A stretch of DNA of 52,174 nt from the NCBI GenBank assembly GCA_003427395.1, contig BFEA01000041.1, positions 2,545,790 through 2,597,963 on the forward strand, read 5' to 3'. The translations under genes were made by a program, and so were the position numbers. Source of the stretch: Chara braunii. Taxonomy: Eukaryota; Plantae; Charophyceae. The notes beneath the pieces were generated by a model. It was not told the DNA's origin, did not search any database, and was given only the letters and a program-made list of their open reading frames with translations. Shown here in pieces: positions 12,913 to 24,379 of this stretch. Positions within the stretch are counted from its first letter, which is position 1. Each line of letters begins with the position of its first letter.

Positions 12913-13499
12913 ATAGAGAATTTCCGCCGCCACCCCAAACTCACAGAAACCCGAACTCAGGACCGTTTCCCGTTAGTCTACCGGTGTATCAACCGAACCA
13001 GCCCCGTCGGTCTCAGAACCGATTACCAACAAGGACAAAATTTGATAATAAAATTAACCATTAAAAAATGAAAATTTAAAACACGGAACTGAATAAAAGT
13101 CGGGCCATCACCCCGCCAACCTTCGATGCTGCTACCTCGTTTATCATGCAGAAGTCCTACCGTTGTCGAAGCCGTCGTCCTCGCACACGCGCTCGCCTTG
13201 GTCAAACGTACCAATCAACCGAAAATATCCCTAATTCCTACTTAGCAAATAAATATTAATAATATCTTTTAAAAAAAACGACCGATACCCGCATCGGCTC
13301 TACAATCAACAACAGAAACGAATCACGCGCACCTTAAATCTGCGCGCCCACACGCTCCCTACTGTAGTCAATCACCCAGTCAACGTTATCACAGACACAG
13401 CCGCGCCTAGCGCGGTATACTTAAATTTTAATCCAGACTTATTTTCTGCTGCTTGCACAAACCAGGGCGGATACCCTTGTAAGGGTATTCGCGCCGACA

Positions 13500-14500
13500 A
13501 CGCGCTATCAATTGCATGCTTTGGAAACTTCCTGAGAATCTCCACTTCAACCTTCGACGGACTAACGATCTGATGAAACATATTGTGCTTGTTAATAGTA
13601 AACTGAGGAAGGGAGACGGGTTCTTGGGAGACTCTTTTGACATTAAGGAGATGTTTTCGCATTTGGAGCATCGATCTATCTTACGGTCACTACAGTGGAT
13701 TTTGGACTATTGGCTGGGGGAGGGTGTCGATGCTGTGATGGTTCGCAAGTTTGGTAGGATGGCTAGATTGATTGTGGGAAAGCAGAAAAAGGATGGATTC
13801 GATTGGAATCGTGAGCCATTCTGTCATTTGTGCAGTATGAGCTTCAGAATACGTATTTTGTAGCATCTGGTCGTACTCTTCGACAGACTGTGGGCGTCCC
13901 CATAGGAAAAAACACCAGCTCGGCGCTGGCTTGTCTTCTCTATGCGTATGATGAGTTTTCCTTTCTCTCTTCTATGGGTAATGACCGACTCCCGGTGCAT
14001 GGTTGTTGTCTTGTCGATGACGTTTCTGTTTTTGTCAAGTTTCGACTGGATGATGAGGTCTCACGAAGAAAGGTCGATTGTGTGATTGATTGATTTCGTA
14101 CCTGCTATGACGATAAACTGGTGCTGGAGCAGACTAATGAAGGACAACGTTGGGATTTTATCGAATGTGCGGTTCTGGTTCTTCGAGATCCCTATCGGAT
14201 TGTATGTCGAGTTACTCATAAGAATCAGAAATGAGGCGTTGGTCAGTCCCTCATGTTTCATTGCATTCAGGACCATGTTTCTTACTCTAGCAAGCAGTAG
14301 AAGGTTGTTGTTATTGGGTCCTTCTTTCATCGTGTGAGGACGTTTACGTCAGTACCTGGTTTGGAATTCTATTTTCTTCTTACGCTGAAGAATGAGTTGT
14401 GGATTCGAGGTTATCAGGATGACTTCTTCGATCATACTCTGATCAACTTTTCTCGTAAGTTTGCACGTTGCTGGGATGCCTAGATCCCTATTCTGACAGG
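13500..14500 (+). pseudogene. PLE reverse transcriptase, C-terminal part
   Basis: SFDIKEMFSHL, LRQTVGVPIGKNTSSALACL and CLVDDVSVFV motifs with frameshifts. Confidence 0.85.
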
Positions 14501-14622
14501 ATGGGGAGGCATGTTTCGGGCGAAGATGGTGTAGCAATTGACCACTGAATCCATGGTGGTCTGAACATTGTTTATTGTGACGCTTTGATGACTGGTTATG
14601 ATGACGGGGCTCGTTGACCGCA

Positions 14623-14932
14623 GTTGGTCTGTTTCATGAGCCGAGTTGTTTTGATGTGCCTGATGTGCAGTGCGGGCCCTTGCTTTTTCTATGCGGACCC
14701 TGTATGAAGTAGTGCTGGGTACTTGTTTCGGATAGGCCTATTTCACGGTTGGTCTGTTTCATGAGCTGAGTTGTTTCTGGATCTGATGTGCCTGATGTGC
14801 AGTGCGGGCCTTTGCTTTTCCCATGCAGACCCTGTACAAAGTAATGCGAGGTACCTGGTTCGAATAGGCCTGTTTGACTGCAGTTTCTTTGGGATCGATT
14901 TGTTGACTTCAAGAGTGGTTTCCTTTTGGCAG
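14623..14932 (+). repeat. 3' pseudo-LTR direct repeat, truncated before the hammerhead
   Basis: Matches 2788-3024 and carries one further partial subunit. Confidence 0.9.
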
Positions 14933-15254
14933 GTACGGTCGTTTCCTGGAGCATGTGGTTGCCGGAAAGGCTAGATGCTTCTAGGAATGGAAGGCCCTGG
15001 TTCCCCTAGGGGAATATCAACGTTTCTGACTTTTGATCGTTAGTTCAGGTCAAGGCTCTAGCTCAACTCCATTTTTTTGGACTGTGGGCTAGGCAGCTGC
15101 CCACTGTCCTCAGCTGGCTATAAAATTCAACATTCCACCCAACAACATCACACTTGTGGCAGTGCTTCTGGGACATTCAATTGACAATGTGTGAATGCTG
15201 GCTATCTGCCGCATGCTACTGTAGAGGGGATGTGCTGCTGGTGGAGGTACTGGA

Positions 15255-15473
15255 GGTCTGCAAGTTGGAGGGAGATGCTGGAGGAGGACAGGCCAGTGTA
15301 GCCATAGCCAAGGTTTGGAGACTCACTTCCCCACCCCTGTGCTAGTGATGTAGCTGACGGGAGGTACTGGTCTGCAAGTTGGAGGGAGACGCTTGAGGAG
15401 GACAGACTAGTGCAGCCATAGCCAAGGGTTGGAGGCTCATTTCCCCACCCCTGTGCTAGTGTTGTAGCTGACG
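15255..15473. repeat. ~113-bp tandem duplication
   Basis: ggtctgcaagttggagggaga...gtagctgacgg occurs twice. Confidence 0.9.
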
Positions 15474-16199
15474 GGCTGCATCAGGTTCCGAACGGTGCGG
15501 CAAGCGACACTTATTTTAGTGGGGTTGCGTTGTCGGACTGCCATCGCAGCATCAAGACCTTCCTAAGGTAAGGTGTTGCCGGACCGCTGCCGCAACATCC
15601 AGACCTTCCGAAGGGAACGTGCTGCCGGATTTACTGCGCGACGCCAGTGTTTTTTTTTAATGTGAGTGTGAGGAGGTGCTGCTCGATCAGCGGCACGACA
15701 ACAACACTGTATCCAGTAGGATCATGCTGCCGAAATTGGCAGCGGCAGCGACAATGTCAATGGGGAAGTGCTGCTATTTTTTTGGCACGGCGGTAGCAAC
15801 ACTTTTCAGTAACGGCACGGCGAGCGTCGAGCGATGGTCGTGCCGTTGTTCTTTTTTTTTTTTGTGGCGGCTATGGCGGACCAGCATGGTATAGAGGTTG
15901 GATTAGTGTTGGTGCACGGTTGGGTTTGTGTGGCAATGATGCGTGGATCGACGACATGAAGAGAGTGTCGAGTGAGTGGACGGGGCGATAGCCATTGGGG
16001 CTCGCGACACGTGCGGTTTTCACCAGGGCCACCTTTATTTTTTTTGCAGCGCGCGATGTGAGCGGTTTTGAGTTCAGGACCATCTGGTATTGCGGGCGAC
16101 GGTATGGGACTGCACTGGGACCATCTGGGACCATTTTGGGACCGGGTAGAACTGGTTTTGATGCTGGTATGGTTATTGTGAGCGGACGTGGTGATTTGA

Positions 16200-17843
16200 G
16201 GCAACGTGGACTCGCTGTTGGTTGGGGAGTATCCTTGGAGGTTGTGGTGCAGTAGGGACTACCTTGGGACCGGTCTAAGCAAGGTGCAGCTGGGACTATG
16301 TGGTGCAGTTGGGACCATGTGGTACTTATTATTGAGAACACCCTTCTCGAGAGTTATCTCATTGAGTTATCTGAGTGGACCCAACCTTGGCCTGTTCGAG
16401 CACCCGGAGAAAGAGAAGGACCGCCGTTCAGCGAAATGACCACAAACTGTGGAGTTGTGGGCCTCATATTGTCAGCTTCAACGATGATTATCCTTTACTC
16501 TGATTGAAATATTACTCGGCTTCCTTAAGTGAGACAGGTCAAACTTCACTCAAGGTCAGTTGAATGACTCAGATTTCCCTTCACGCCTGTGTGAACCCGC
16601 ACTTTGTTTGACCTTGTTTCTTTTGAATGTTCAAAAGAAAAAGGTAGAGAAAAGTTGTGCGAGTCATGGATGTGAATGAAAATGTCTGACTTTGGGTATG
16701 GTTTTTTTGCTTGTTTTCTCAAACTTGTTGCTTCGGTTTGGTGTACAGGTAGGTAGAGGGATGTTTGCAAATGAGATTGAATATGCCTATTTGAGAAAAA
16801 GGAAAAGGATTGTCTTCTTTTTAGTTCTCACCTGCTTGCATGTCAAAAATGATTTGTTGTTTTGAAAAACTTTGGTTTTTTGTGCACCATGAAACGAATT
16901 CGATTGAAATAAAGCAGATAAGGTCAGATAGACTTAGCCTTTTCCCGAGGATTACCCTTTTTATCTCGAATGACCTTATCTACCTAAACATATCCAAATG
17001 AATTTCATTCCTTATCTCCTCCTGACTTTGTTCGTCTAAGTTACCCTGAACTTATGAGAAATGAAAATAGTTAAAAGTTACTTGCAGTGAACACATTCTC
17101 TTTCTCTAGTGAGCATCTGGGACGGGGGTTCGTTGTTTTAGGAGTCGGCCCTGTTATCGACCCAGAGTGGACCGTTCTACAGGGGGGTACTCTGCCGATC
17201 CGGTGGAGATGGCCCGACTTATGGGATCCGAGTTTTGAGCCCGGACGATGAGGAGGAGTACCTCAAACCACTTCCTAGAAGGTGGGATATGCAACACTTC
17301 AAGTAATGCACCTGACCAAGAATTATTCGCAAAGCAGACTGTCATCCAATAAGATTAAAAACGTATGGAGACGAGTGTGTGCATGTCTAATCTTAGGTCG
17401 ACGGTAAGATGAAATGAATAACTTTGGCGGCACATCTCATCCAGTCAAAACTAAGGCAGTCCGACTACCTTGTCGGTTGCATTGAGGTTATTGTTAGAAA
17501 CCAACTCCTCGTTGACAGTTGTATGACTTTTATCGAATTCGACATGAGGTGGTCGAGTTTTTAATCTTATGATATTGGATTTATCATATGATGAATTGTA
17601 TTCTTTCGATTATCATTGCAGATTTGATCTATTCCTATCGACTACGGTCGATTCTTTACGATGTAGATATTTGTGGTTGTTATAATTTTTTTTTTACTAT
17701 ATGTCTAAGAGACTAGGATAAATTTTGGGTTTCCCGCTTGGTTGAGACCGTCCAGTCGACCGGCGTACGCTTCGTACTCAGTGCCCTAAAGGACGGATGA
17801 CGATCGGGTTCGCTTGGCGTTAACCAAGTGTATCTATACTACA
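16200..17843 (-). mobile_element. possible LTR fragment
   Basis: Non-coding, ends ...ctatactACA at 17843 (TGTAG start on minus); other end and TSD not established. Confidence 0.3.
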
Positions 17844-18239
17844 GTGAACGAGCAAACATCATCAGCTGACCCATCTCTGCAATTGCATTTAAGAACGTTT
17901 GCACGTGGGTTAGTATCTCGGTAGGGATATACCCTAACGGTGGTGAAAGTCCCTTAGGGAAAGCAAGTTGTGCCCCGGGGGAACCTATCCTGTCGTAGAA
18001 CACCGAAAAATTTACAACTGGCGCACCCGGCTAGAGCGGTGAAGGGACGACGCAACCACGAGCGTCTCGGTGGCTCGCAGAGTTATTTTGAGTCATTCCC
18101 AAGTTGTCTCTTGTTTTTTTATGTTTACTCCTGCGTGTCGTGGTCGGGAGAGCTCCCACACTTTGCAAAAAAGCAGGAGCAGATGCGCTCGACAACGCGA
18201 ACTGGTTTTTCCTTTACAAATGTCTGGAAAAGCTAAATT

Positions 18240-21190
18240 TTGAACCCTACTTCCATAGGTAGCTAGAAAATATGCACCAAAATACCACCACCTAAGTCCA
18301 AATAAGTGGAACATTTGCCCCTGAGATCCACCTCCAAAGATCGGTGCGGTAAGGTAATCCGATGGCATCCTTTCTCTTTGTGATAGTGGTTGAAGCACTA
18401 GCAGCGAACCTAAGAGTCCACAAAAAATACAAAAAAAATAGGTGAACCTCAATCCTGGAGGAGGCGGTGTCTATCTGCTCCTTGTTTGCGGACGACCTGA
18501 CGCTTATGGTAGAGGGGTCTTTGGAAAACCTTATAGAATTCACGGCATTGATGGACAAATTTTGTATGCTCTCATATATGAATGTTAATTGGGGCAACAA
18601 AACGTCAGGCCAGTGGGTCCAATACCAAGGAGGAAGGCTTCCAAACAATCCACAGATAAAATGGATGCCCCTGGAGACCCCGATTAGGGTACTGAGGGTA
18701 TCCATGTCAGCAGGGGGCAAACCCACAACCAATGATGCATGGATCATCAACCCAGTGATCGAAATGTTAGCCCAGTGGAAGGACAAGCACACCTCACTGT
18801 TTGGTCGTTCTCTAGTCATCAATGACGGGATCTTAGTTGCCTTGTGGTATTAGTTTTCCATTTGGGTAATCACCAAATGACTGCATTCCCTGTAATGTTT
18901 GATAGCAGCCTACCTATGGAGGGGGAACCATGAATGTCGTCTCCAGTCAGATAGCTTGGCAACCAGTGATCCAACCAAAACCCAAAGGAGGGTTGGGCAT
19001 TATAGACCCGAGCACCTAGGTGATGACCCTGACCATCCAATGGGAGAAGACCCCCCTCCTACACCCACAAGCCCCATGACGAGCTTTGGCACTAGAGCAA
19101 ATCGCACAGCTTGCCCCTACAGTCCCGAGTATCACAGATCCTACAAGGAGGACTGAGGATCGTTACTGGATCATCCCACAATACTCCACTCGGTCCCAGG
19201 GCTCAAACCGACAGGCGACGAGAGGAGACTTAAGAAACAACCCTTTTCGGATCAATCGATTGAAAACTTTGTGCAAATTTCTCCTCCCGGACAAAATCCC
19301 CCCCTCGAGGTGAGAGGAGGTATACAGACAGCCATTGTTTGGCAACAAATGGCTTACTAACCCCCAGGGGGTTGTTTTCCTCTGTGGCAAGGGTGGACCA
19401 AAAATGGGGTTATGAGAAAAGGAGACATCTGGGATCAGGAACAACAAGATTGGGTCACGACAACTCACCTAAGAACGAAATTGAGGTACTGCCACAATCC
19501 CAGGAGCGCACTCTCCGTGAAGGGTACACCCATTGACCTAGGTGGAGGACCGATCTTAAACAATCCCACACAAACTCCCATGAAAGAAGAGGAGGACCAG
19601 TCGAAGGACACCTTTTGGCTATCTCTACTGACAGTATGGAGGAGGTTAAACTTTCCGCTCCCTAACAGAACCCCCCCTAGACCGTTGGGAAGGGGTGTAT
19701 CGGCAACCCTTATTTGACAATTGATGGCTGATGGATAAGATGGGCTACGCCAAGTCGAGCTCAGCCTCGCCATGGAAAAGTTGGGTCAGACGCAAAGTGC
19801 TCAGGATAGGAGATATGTGGGACCAGGAGAGAAGAGACTGGAAGACAGTTAACCAACTACGAGAAACTTTGCGTTATCACCACCATGTGAAAGAACACTT
19901 GGAGGATCTGATTGAGACTGTTCCACTTGCATGGTATCGAACCCTCAAACAAGGGCCCTCCTTCAAAGAAGGAGATTGGGTAGCGACCAAGGAGGTACCA
20001 CCACATATTGGTCAGGTTCATATGGTAGACCCTCAAATGGTCCTGGTGGAGTATTATGTGAGTACATGAAACGGAACACTAAAAGAAAGCACAATTCCCT
20101 TCGAATGGGTAAACAAATTCTTGGATTCGGGTTATGGAAGGGAGCAGGGAGAAGGTGGCTTATCAACCGCAATTGGCAGTTCAAGAATTGGCGTGGGACC
20201 CAAGGGAACCGACTTGGCCCCCCCATGCAGGGAAAGGGGGGGGTTGCAACAGGCCATATAGCCCTTTACCGACTGTCCGTTAAATCCACCTACAGGATGC
20301 TCAGGCCCCGGAGGAATTTAAGGGATGTGGTTATAGATCGCTGGGCTAGTCAGTTAAATCTGGACCGCTCCCTCCTGATGCCGATCCGCTGGTTTAGAGA
20401 CTAGAAATCTAAACCTGCAAAAACCTCTTCCCTGCAGTGGCAGATAGTGCACCGCTGCCTGTTCACAAATGACTGGTTAATAAATCGTACCACCTTGGAG
20501 CAGAGGGGACTGGCGCTGCCATGGTGTCAACGATGTCTACACATGTTTCCCCCCCACAAGAGGGCAGAAACTATTGAGCATATTTTTATGCAATGCCCAA
20601 TAGCTCAGTTTATGTGGTGGTGGTGGGATCGTGTCTGGCGAAAGATGGTGACTGAAGTTCCCTGGCCATGGTCATGGCGGGTCATTTTGGTAGGCCACTG
20701 GCCCTTGGAAGGGGATGGCTCAGCCTTTGTTGAGAACATGTTTTGGTTGGGTAGGAGGGCGGTGATGTGGGCTCTCTGGTGGCAGAGGTGCGTTCTGGCC
20801 CTGGAAAAGGTGAGGATAAAGGGGGTGGAAATCATCGAACGAATCCAACAATAGGTACAACTAACTCTCTTAAGGAAATGGTCAGACACGAGGTCACAAC
20901 TGGATCGTTTCACACAAATCACAGATGTTAGGAGAGTAATTACAACATTTTGCATGGACTGGTTGGGAGGAGAAAGAGAAGGATGGGTAGCAAAGGTCAC
21001 ATAGGGAGGGGACAGGGCTAGTGGATCACGAGATTTGGAAGACATGAGGGATTCCAAGTTAGTGTTCAAGGATTGGATTCATGTGGAACCTTCATTCCCT
21101 TTGCGGCCCCCCACAAATTTCCCAGACCCTTTTCCTCCCCATGCTCTCTCTTTGACGGATATTCTGGTATAAAAGATGGTTTTCAAAATA
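18240..21190 (+). pseudogene. L1/Tx1-clade LINE ORF2 fragment(s): RT C-terminal half to zf-RVT
   Basis: LFADDL, SLFGRSLVIN, PK..GGLG, WQIVHRCL and CQRC...ETIEHIFMQCP; internal duplicated segment suggests two joined pieces. Confidence 0.92.
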
Positions 21191-23105
21191 TTTTCAAGTT
21201 TTCACCCTGGGGCAGGAAAGGGGACAAAAGGAGGTTCCACTGGTGCTGTGAGCCTGTGACGCATAATTTTCTGTAACCACGCGACTTTCTGCGCGAAGCT
21301 GCTTTGGGGGAACGGAACGGGTTAGCCGGGTGGAGTACGTGGGGGTGGGTCGGTTGGGCAAGTTGCATGGATACCCTCGCTTCTTTTTCACTTTCATTTT
21401 CGATTTTGTTGGGCCGGTATTGGGAGAGTCCCGCATAGGCAGTTAAGAGACCGCGCCTTAGAGAGCGCGAGAAATAACTGTTGCCATAGTTTCTTTCTTG
21501 TTCTGTTGGGGCTAAGGGAAGCGAAAATTTTGGAGCAACGAACACGCGGGAATGTCGTTTTCTTTTTCAAAATTTCCTTTCAACTGATGTTGAGCCCCCG
21601 TGGGCTCCTCGGAATTGTTTTGGAGTTTTCGCTCTTCGAAATTTTCTTTTTCTACAATTCGGACTTAGATAAGAGCTTAGGAACTTTGAAATTTTTGCTA
21701 CGCTGTGCTTCTTGCTTGTTCGAGCCTTTTTGTGGCGGGAGCAAAGTTCTAACTGAGAGGCGCTTTTAATCTTGCGTGTAACTGTAACTTTTGGCGGTCA
21801 CAATTGTGATTTTATTCCTCTTCTTAATTCTCTTGCCTTCTTTCCGCCTCCTTTCTTCTTGCTATTCATGTGACAATGTCTCCCTACGATCTGATTGGCC
21901 AAGACGTTGCATGCTCAGCTCGATGCGTGGAGAGTGGCTACGTCCCCCGCACTGCGGCCTGGCCATGCAAAACGTAGGCACTTCCTTTCTACTCCGTTCC
22001 TTTTCGAAAGTGCAATCCCATATCCGCCGCACATGCATGCACACTATAAATCTTGCGAGCGCGATTAAAGCTCTCTCTCTAAAAAAACTTCGAGGATTCT
22101 GAGGGTTAGCGCGATCAGTGAGGGTCGACTAAGATGTAAGTGAAGAGGTGAGTTGATGTGAGGGCCGGGCGACCCGACGGGCTGGTGCTGAGTATGCGGG
22201 GTTGACGTGCGGGCCGCAGCGGACTGTGGCGCATGGGCGAACCTGGCTTGCATACTTGGGCTATGTGGGAGTGACAACTCGGTGTTGGTGCAAGGCGATG
22301 GACCGCCCGCAGTAGAGGTGATGTAGCGTGGAAGAGAGAGAAAGAGGGAGAGAGAGAGATGTGTGTGTGGGATGATGCCTTTCTCCAATCTTATGTCTAA
22401 AATTTTGATTTCCACCTTGACCGACCTTGTGCGGCCATTTTTTTGTCAATTGGACTTTCTGCCTATGGTGTGTGTGTGTTTGTGGAATGAACTCTCGAGC
22501 TTCCCTCACCCCTCCTCGCATAATTTTTGGCTGACTAGTTTGACTCGAAATTTGCCGCTTTCCTGCCCTCACCCCGTGCTCGAATTGGATGCTCCTCATA
22601 CATGCTACGAAATTATTAGCCTTCAAATCTTGTGTGATCAGTGAGAAACAGACACGACGATTGTTCAATGGGGTTAAGATGATGTAGGCCTCCTCGGTGA
22701 TATGGCTTGATGTACACACCTTTGTCGATTTTTGTTTATGGTTGATTGATGCATGAGTTTGATCGATGCTTGAATATGCCTGATCAACTTCTCGTTCCCT
22801 TTTGGAACAGAAAGATCTAACGAATGTTCGGCGGTCCCGACTGATGTATGCCCCGACAGGTAAACGAATGGTTGATTCAAATAGGTGACTGCCCACGGGT
22901 TGCCTTCCCAGTATCCGTTTCTCGACGCACACACGGACTAATGACGGACCAGGCGATCTCCCAACCAAAGGGATAGCCGGTTGATTCGACCCGACAGACC
23001 TAAACGTGGTCTTGCGCAGGATCGATTAAAAGCAGCCCCCGCCTATATGCGCGTCTACAAGACTGCGCTCGAGTCCACGTCTAAAACGCCCAAAACACCG
23101 GTAGC

Positions 23106-23690
23106 ATGGACGATAGGACTCCCTTCCACATCACGGATCGGGAAAGTCTGAGACACCGCCGGTTTCGAGAATACTGGGAGTGGAAAAACGCCTGCCTTCT
23201 CGCACAACCCCGCCCCAACCCTCCGAAATTCCCCTTTCGGACAGGAAACGAACGTGTCTGTGAATGGGACATTGAACGGGCCCTAAGTGCAATCCCCTTC
23301 CCCTCTCAGTTTCCCAGCTCACGCGTAAGCCACATCATCGCCGAGCCTCGTACCGCCATCATTGAGACAGACTTCACCCCCTACCGCCTCGTGTTGCCTT
23401 TTCACTGCCTGACGGCTGCCCCGTGGCACGCACTTGCCTCCTACTGGCCACGAATCCCGTGCTCCGAGTGCCAACAGAACTGTAAGTATCGAGCCGCGGG
23501 GTTCGTGCAACGAACCCGGACCGAAGCCGAACAACGAGCACATGGCCTGCGCCTGAGGCCTGCTTCGTCCAACTCGGAGGCCTGCCACGAGCGGCGCCAG
23601 CGGCTGATCACCCAGTGGGACACCCACAGTGTCCCGGTGGTCCATCGGATACAGGACCGACCGCGACGACCACACTCACACCGGAGGTAG
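23106..23690 (+). CDS. hypothetical 194-aa protein with C52/H76/C119/C122 putative metal site
   Basis: Intact ORF with gtagcATGG start; aligns by eye to a paralogue at 39889-40326; followed by the LINE-type tail motif at 23914. Confidence 0.65.
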   Translation: MDDRTPFHITDRESLRHRRFREYWEWKNACLLAQPRPNPPKFPFRTGNERVCEWDIERALSAIPFPSQFPSSRVSHIIAEPRTAIIETDFTPYRLVLPFHCLTAAPWHALASYWPRIPCSECQQNCKYRAAGFVQRTRTEAEQRAHGLRLRPASSNSEACHERRQRLITQWDTHSVPVVHRIQDRPRRPHSHRR

Positions 23691-23913
23691 CCCCATCTCC
23701 CGAAGTCCAGTATAAATCGGGATTACCAGCTTGCTCAACTACCCCTCAGCTTTCCACCGGAGATCTCAGTTCCGACCTGGGACTCCACCCCCACTTTCCT
23801 AAAATCCTTGGCACACCCCCTTTCCGCACTTCGGGGCCCCCTAACACTCCAAGCATCACAGTGCCCCCCAGTGGCTCCTTCCGTTTATTCCGCATGGTAC
23901 CCAGGCAGACAAT

Positions 23914-23937
23914 GGGACGCTGGACCCGTTTTCCAGC
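23914..23937 (+). repeat. 3'-tail motif copy 1, interrupted
   Basis: gggacgctggacccgttttccagc; a degenerate continuation may resume near 24282-24318. Confidence 0.75.
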
Positions 23938-23939
23938 TA

Positions 23940-24282
23940 GCATGGATCCAATGGACTCAATACGGCTCCATGGAAGGGAGGAACTAGTGTGTAGCGATGT
24001 ATCTGGCACCGTTTTTAGGGTGAAGAGGTTCCCCCTTCCTCCCAATATCCTGCTCAGTCAATCCCCTGGATCCCAGGGTAATCAATGCTGGCAGGAACAC
24101 CCCACAATGGTTTTCCGATGTATTTCAATTTCAGTCTGTATAAGGGACGCTGGGCCCCGCTTTCCAGCAGGTGATGCTCCCCACTAATAGATGGAGCCTC
24201 TCCAACAAGTGGTGTCTGCTCTTATCAGCGCCACTAACACTGGTGGGGAAGTGTTAAAAAAAAAAAAAAGAAAAAAAAAAAA
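23940..24282 (+). mobile_element. 5'-truncated LINE 3' end (motif copy 2 from 24144, polyA)
   Basis: Colinear with the reverse complement of 43589-43870; A-tail 24256-24282. Confidence 0.9.
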
Positions 24283-24379
24283 GGAGCGCACTCGAAACAA
24301 TTATAGATGTAGTCCCCTTGGACTGGGTCCATACTCCAAAAGGGTCCACATCTCGGAGAGGGGGGCTGGGTTGCTCTCA

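Larger units (their letters stand above)
6320..13499. mobile_element. 7180-bp TG...CA insertion, probable very long solo LTR (Ty3/Gypsy-like)
   Basis: Termini TGTCG...CGACA; TSD ACGC at 6316-6319 and 13500-13503; removal restores the RT frame VARAINCM; no recognisable coding domain inside. Confidence 0.8.
2788..14932 (+). mobile_element. Penelope-like retroelement (Chlamys-like layout), decayed and interrupted by a nested insertion
   Basis: Direct terminal repeats (2788-3024 vs 14696-14932), hammerhead at 3303-3348, CCHC ORF, PLE-type RT motifs (TKHKD..RWRPI, SFDIKEMFSHL, QTVGVPIG, VDD). No GIY-YIG recognised. Confidence 0.8.

Noticed and set aside
15345-17847. gtga|TGTAG...CTACA|gtga as a solo LTR with TSD
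   Set aside because: The left junction lies inside a tandem-duplicated unit whose twin differs; may be chance.
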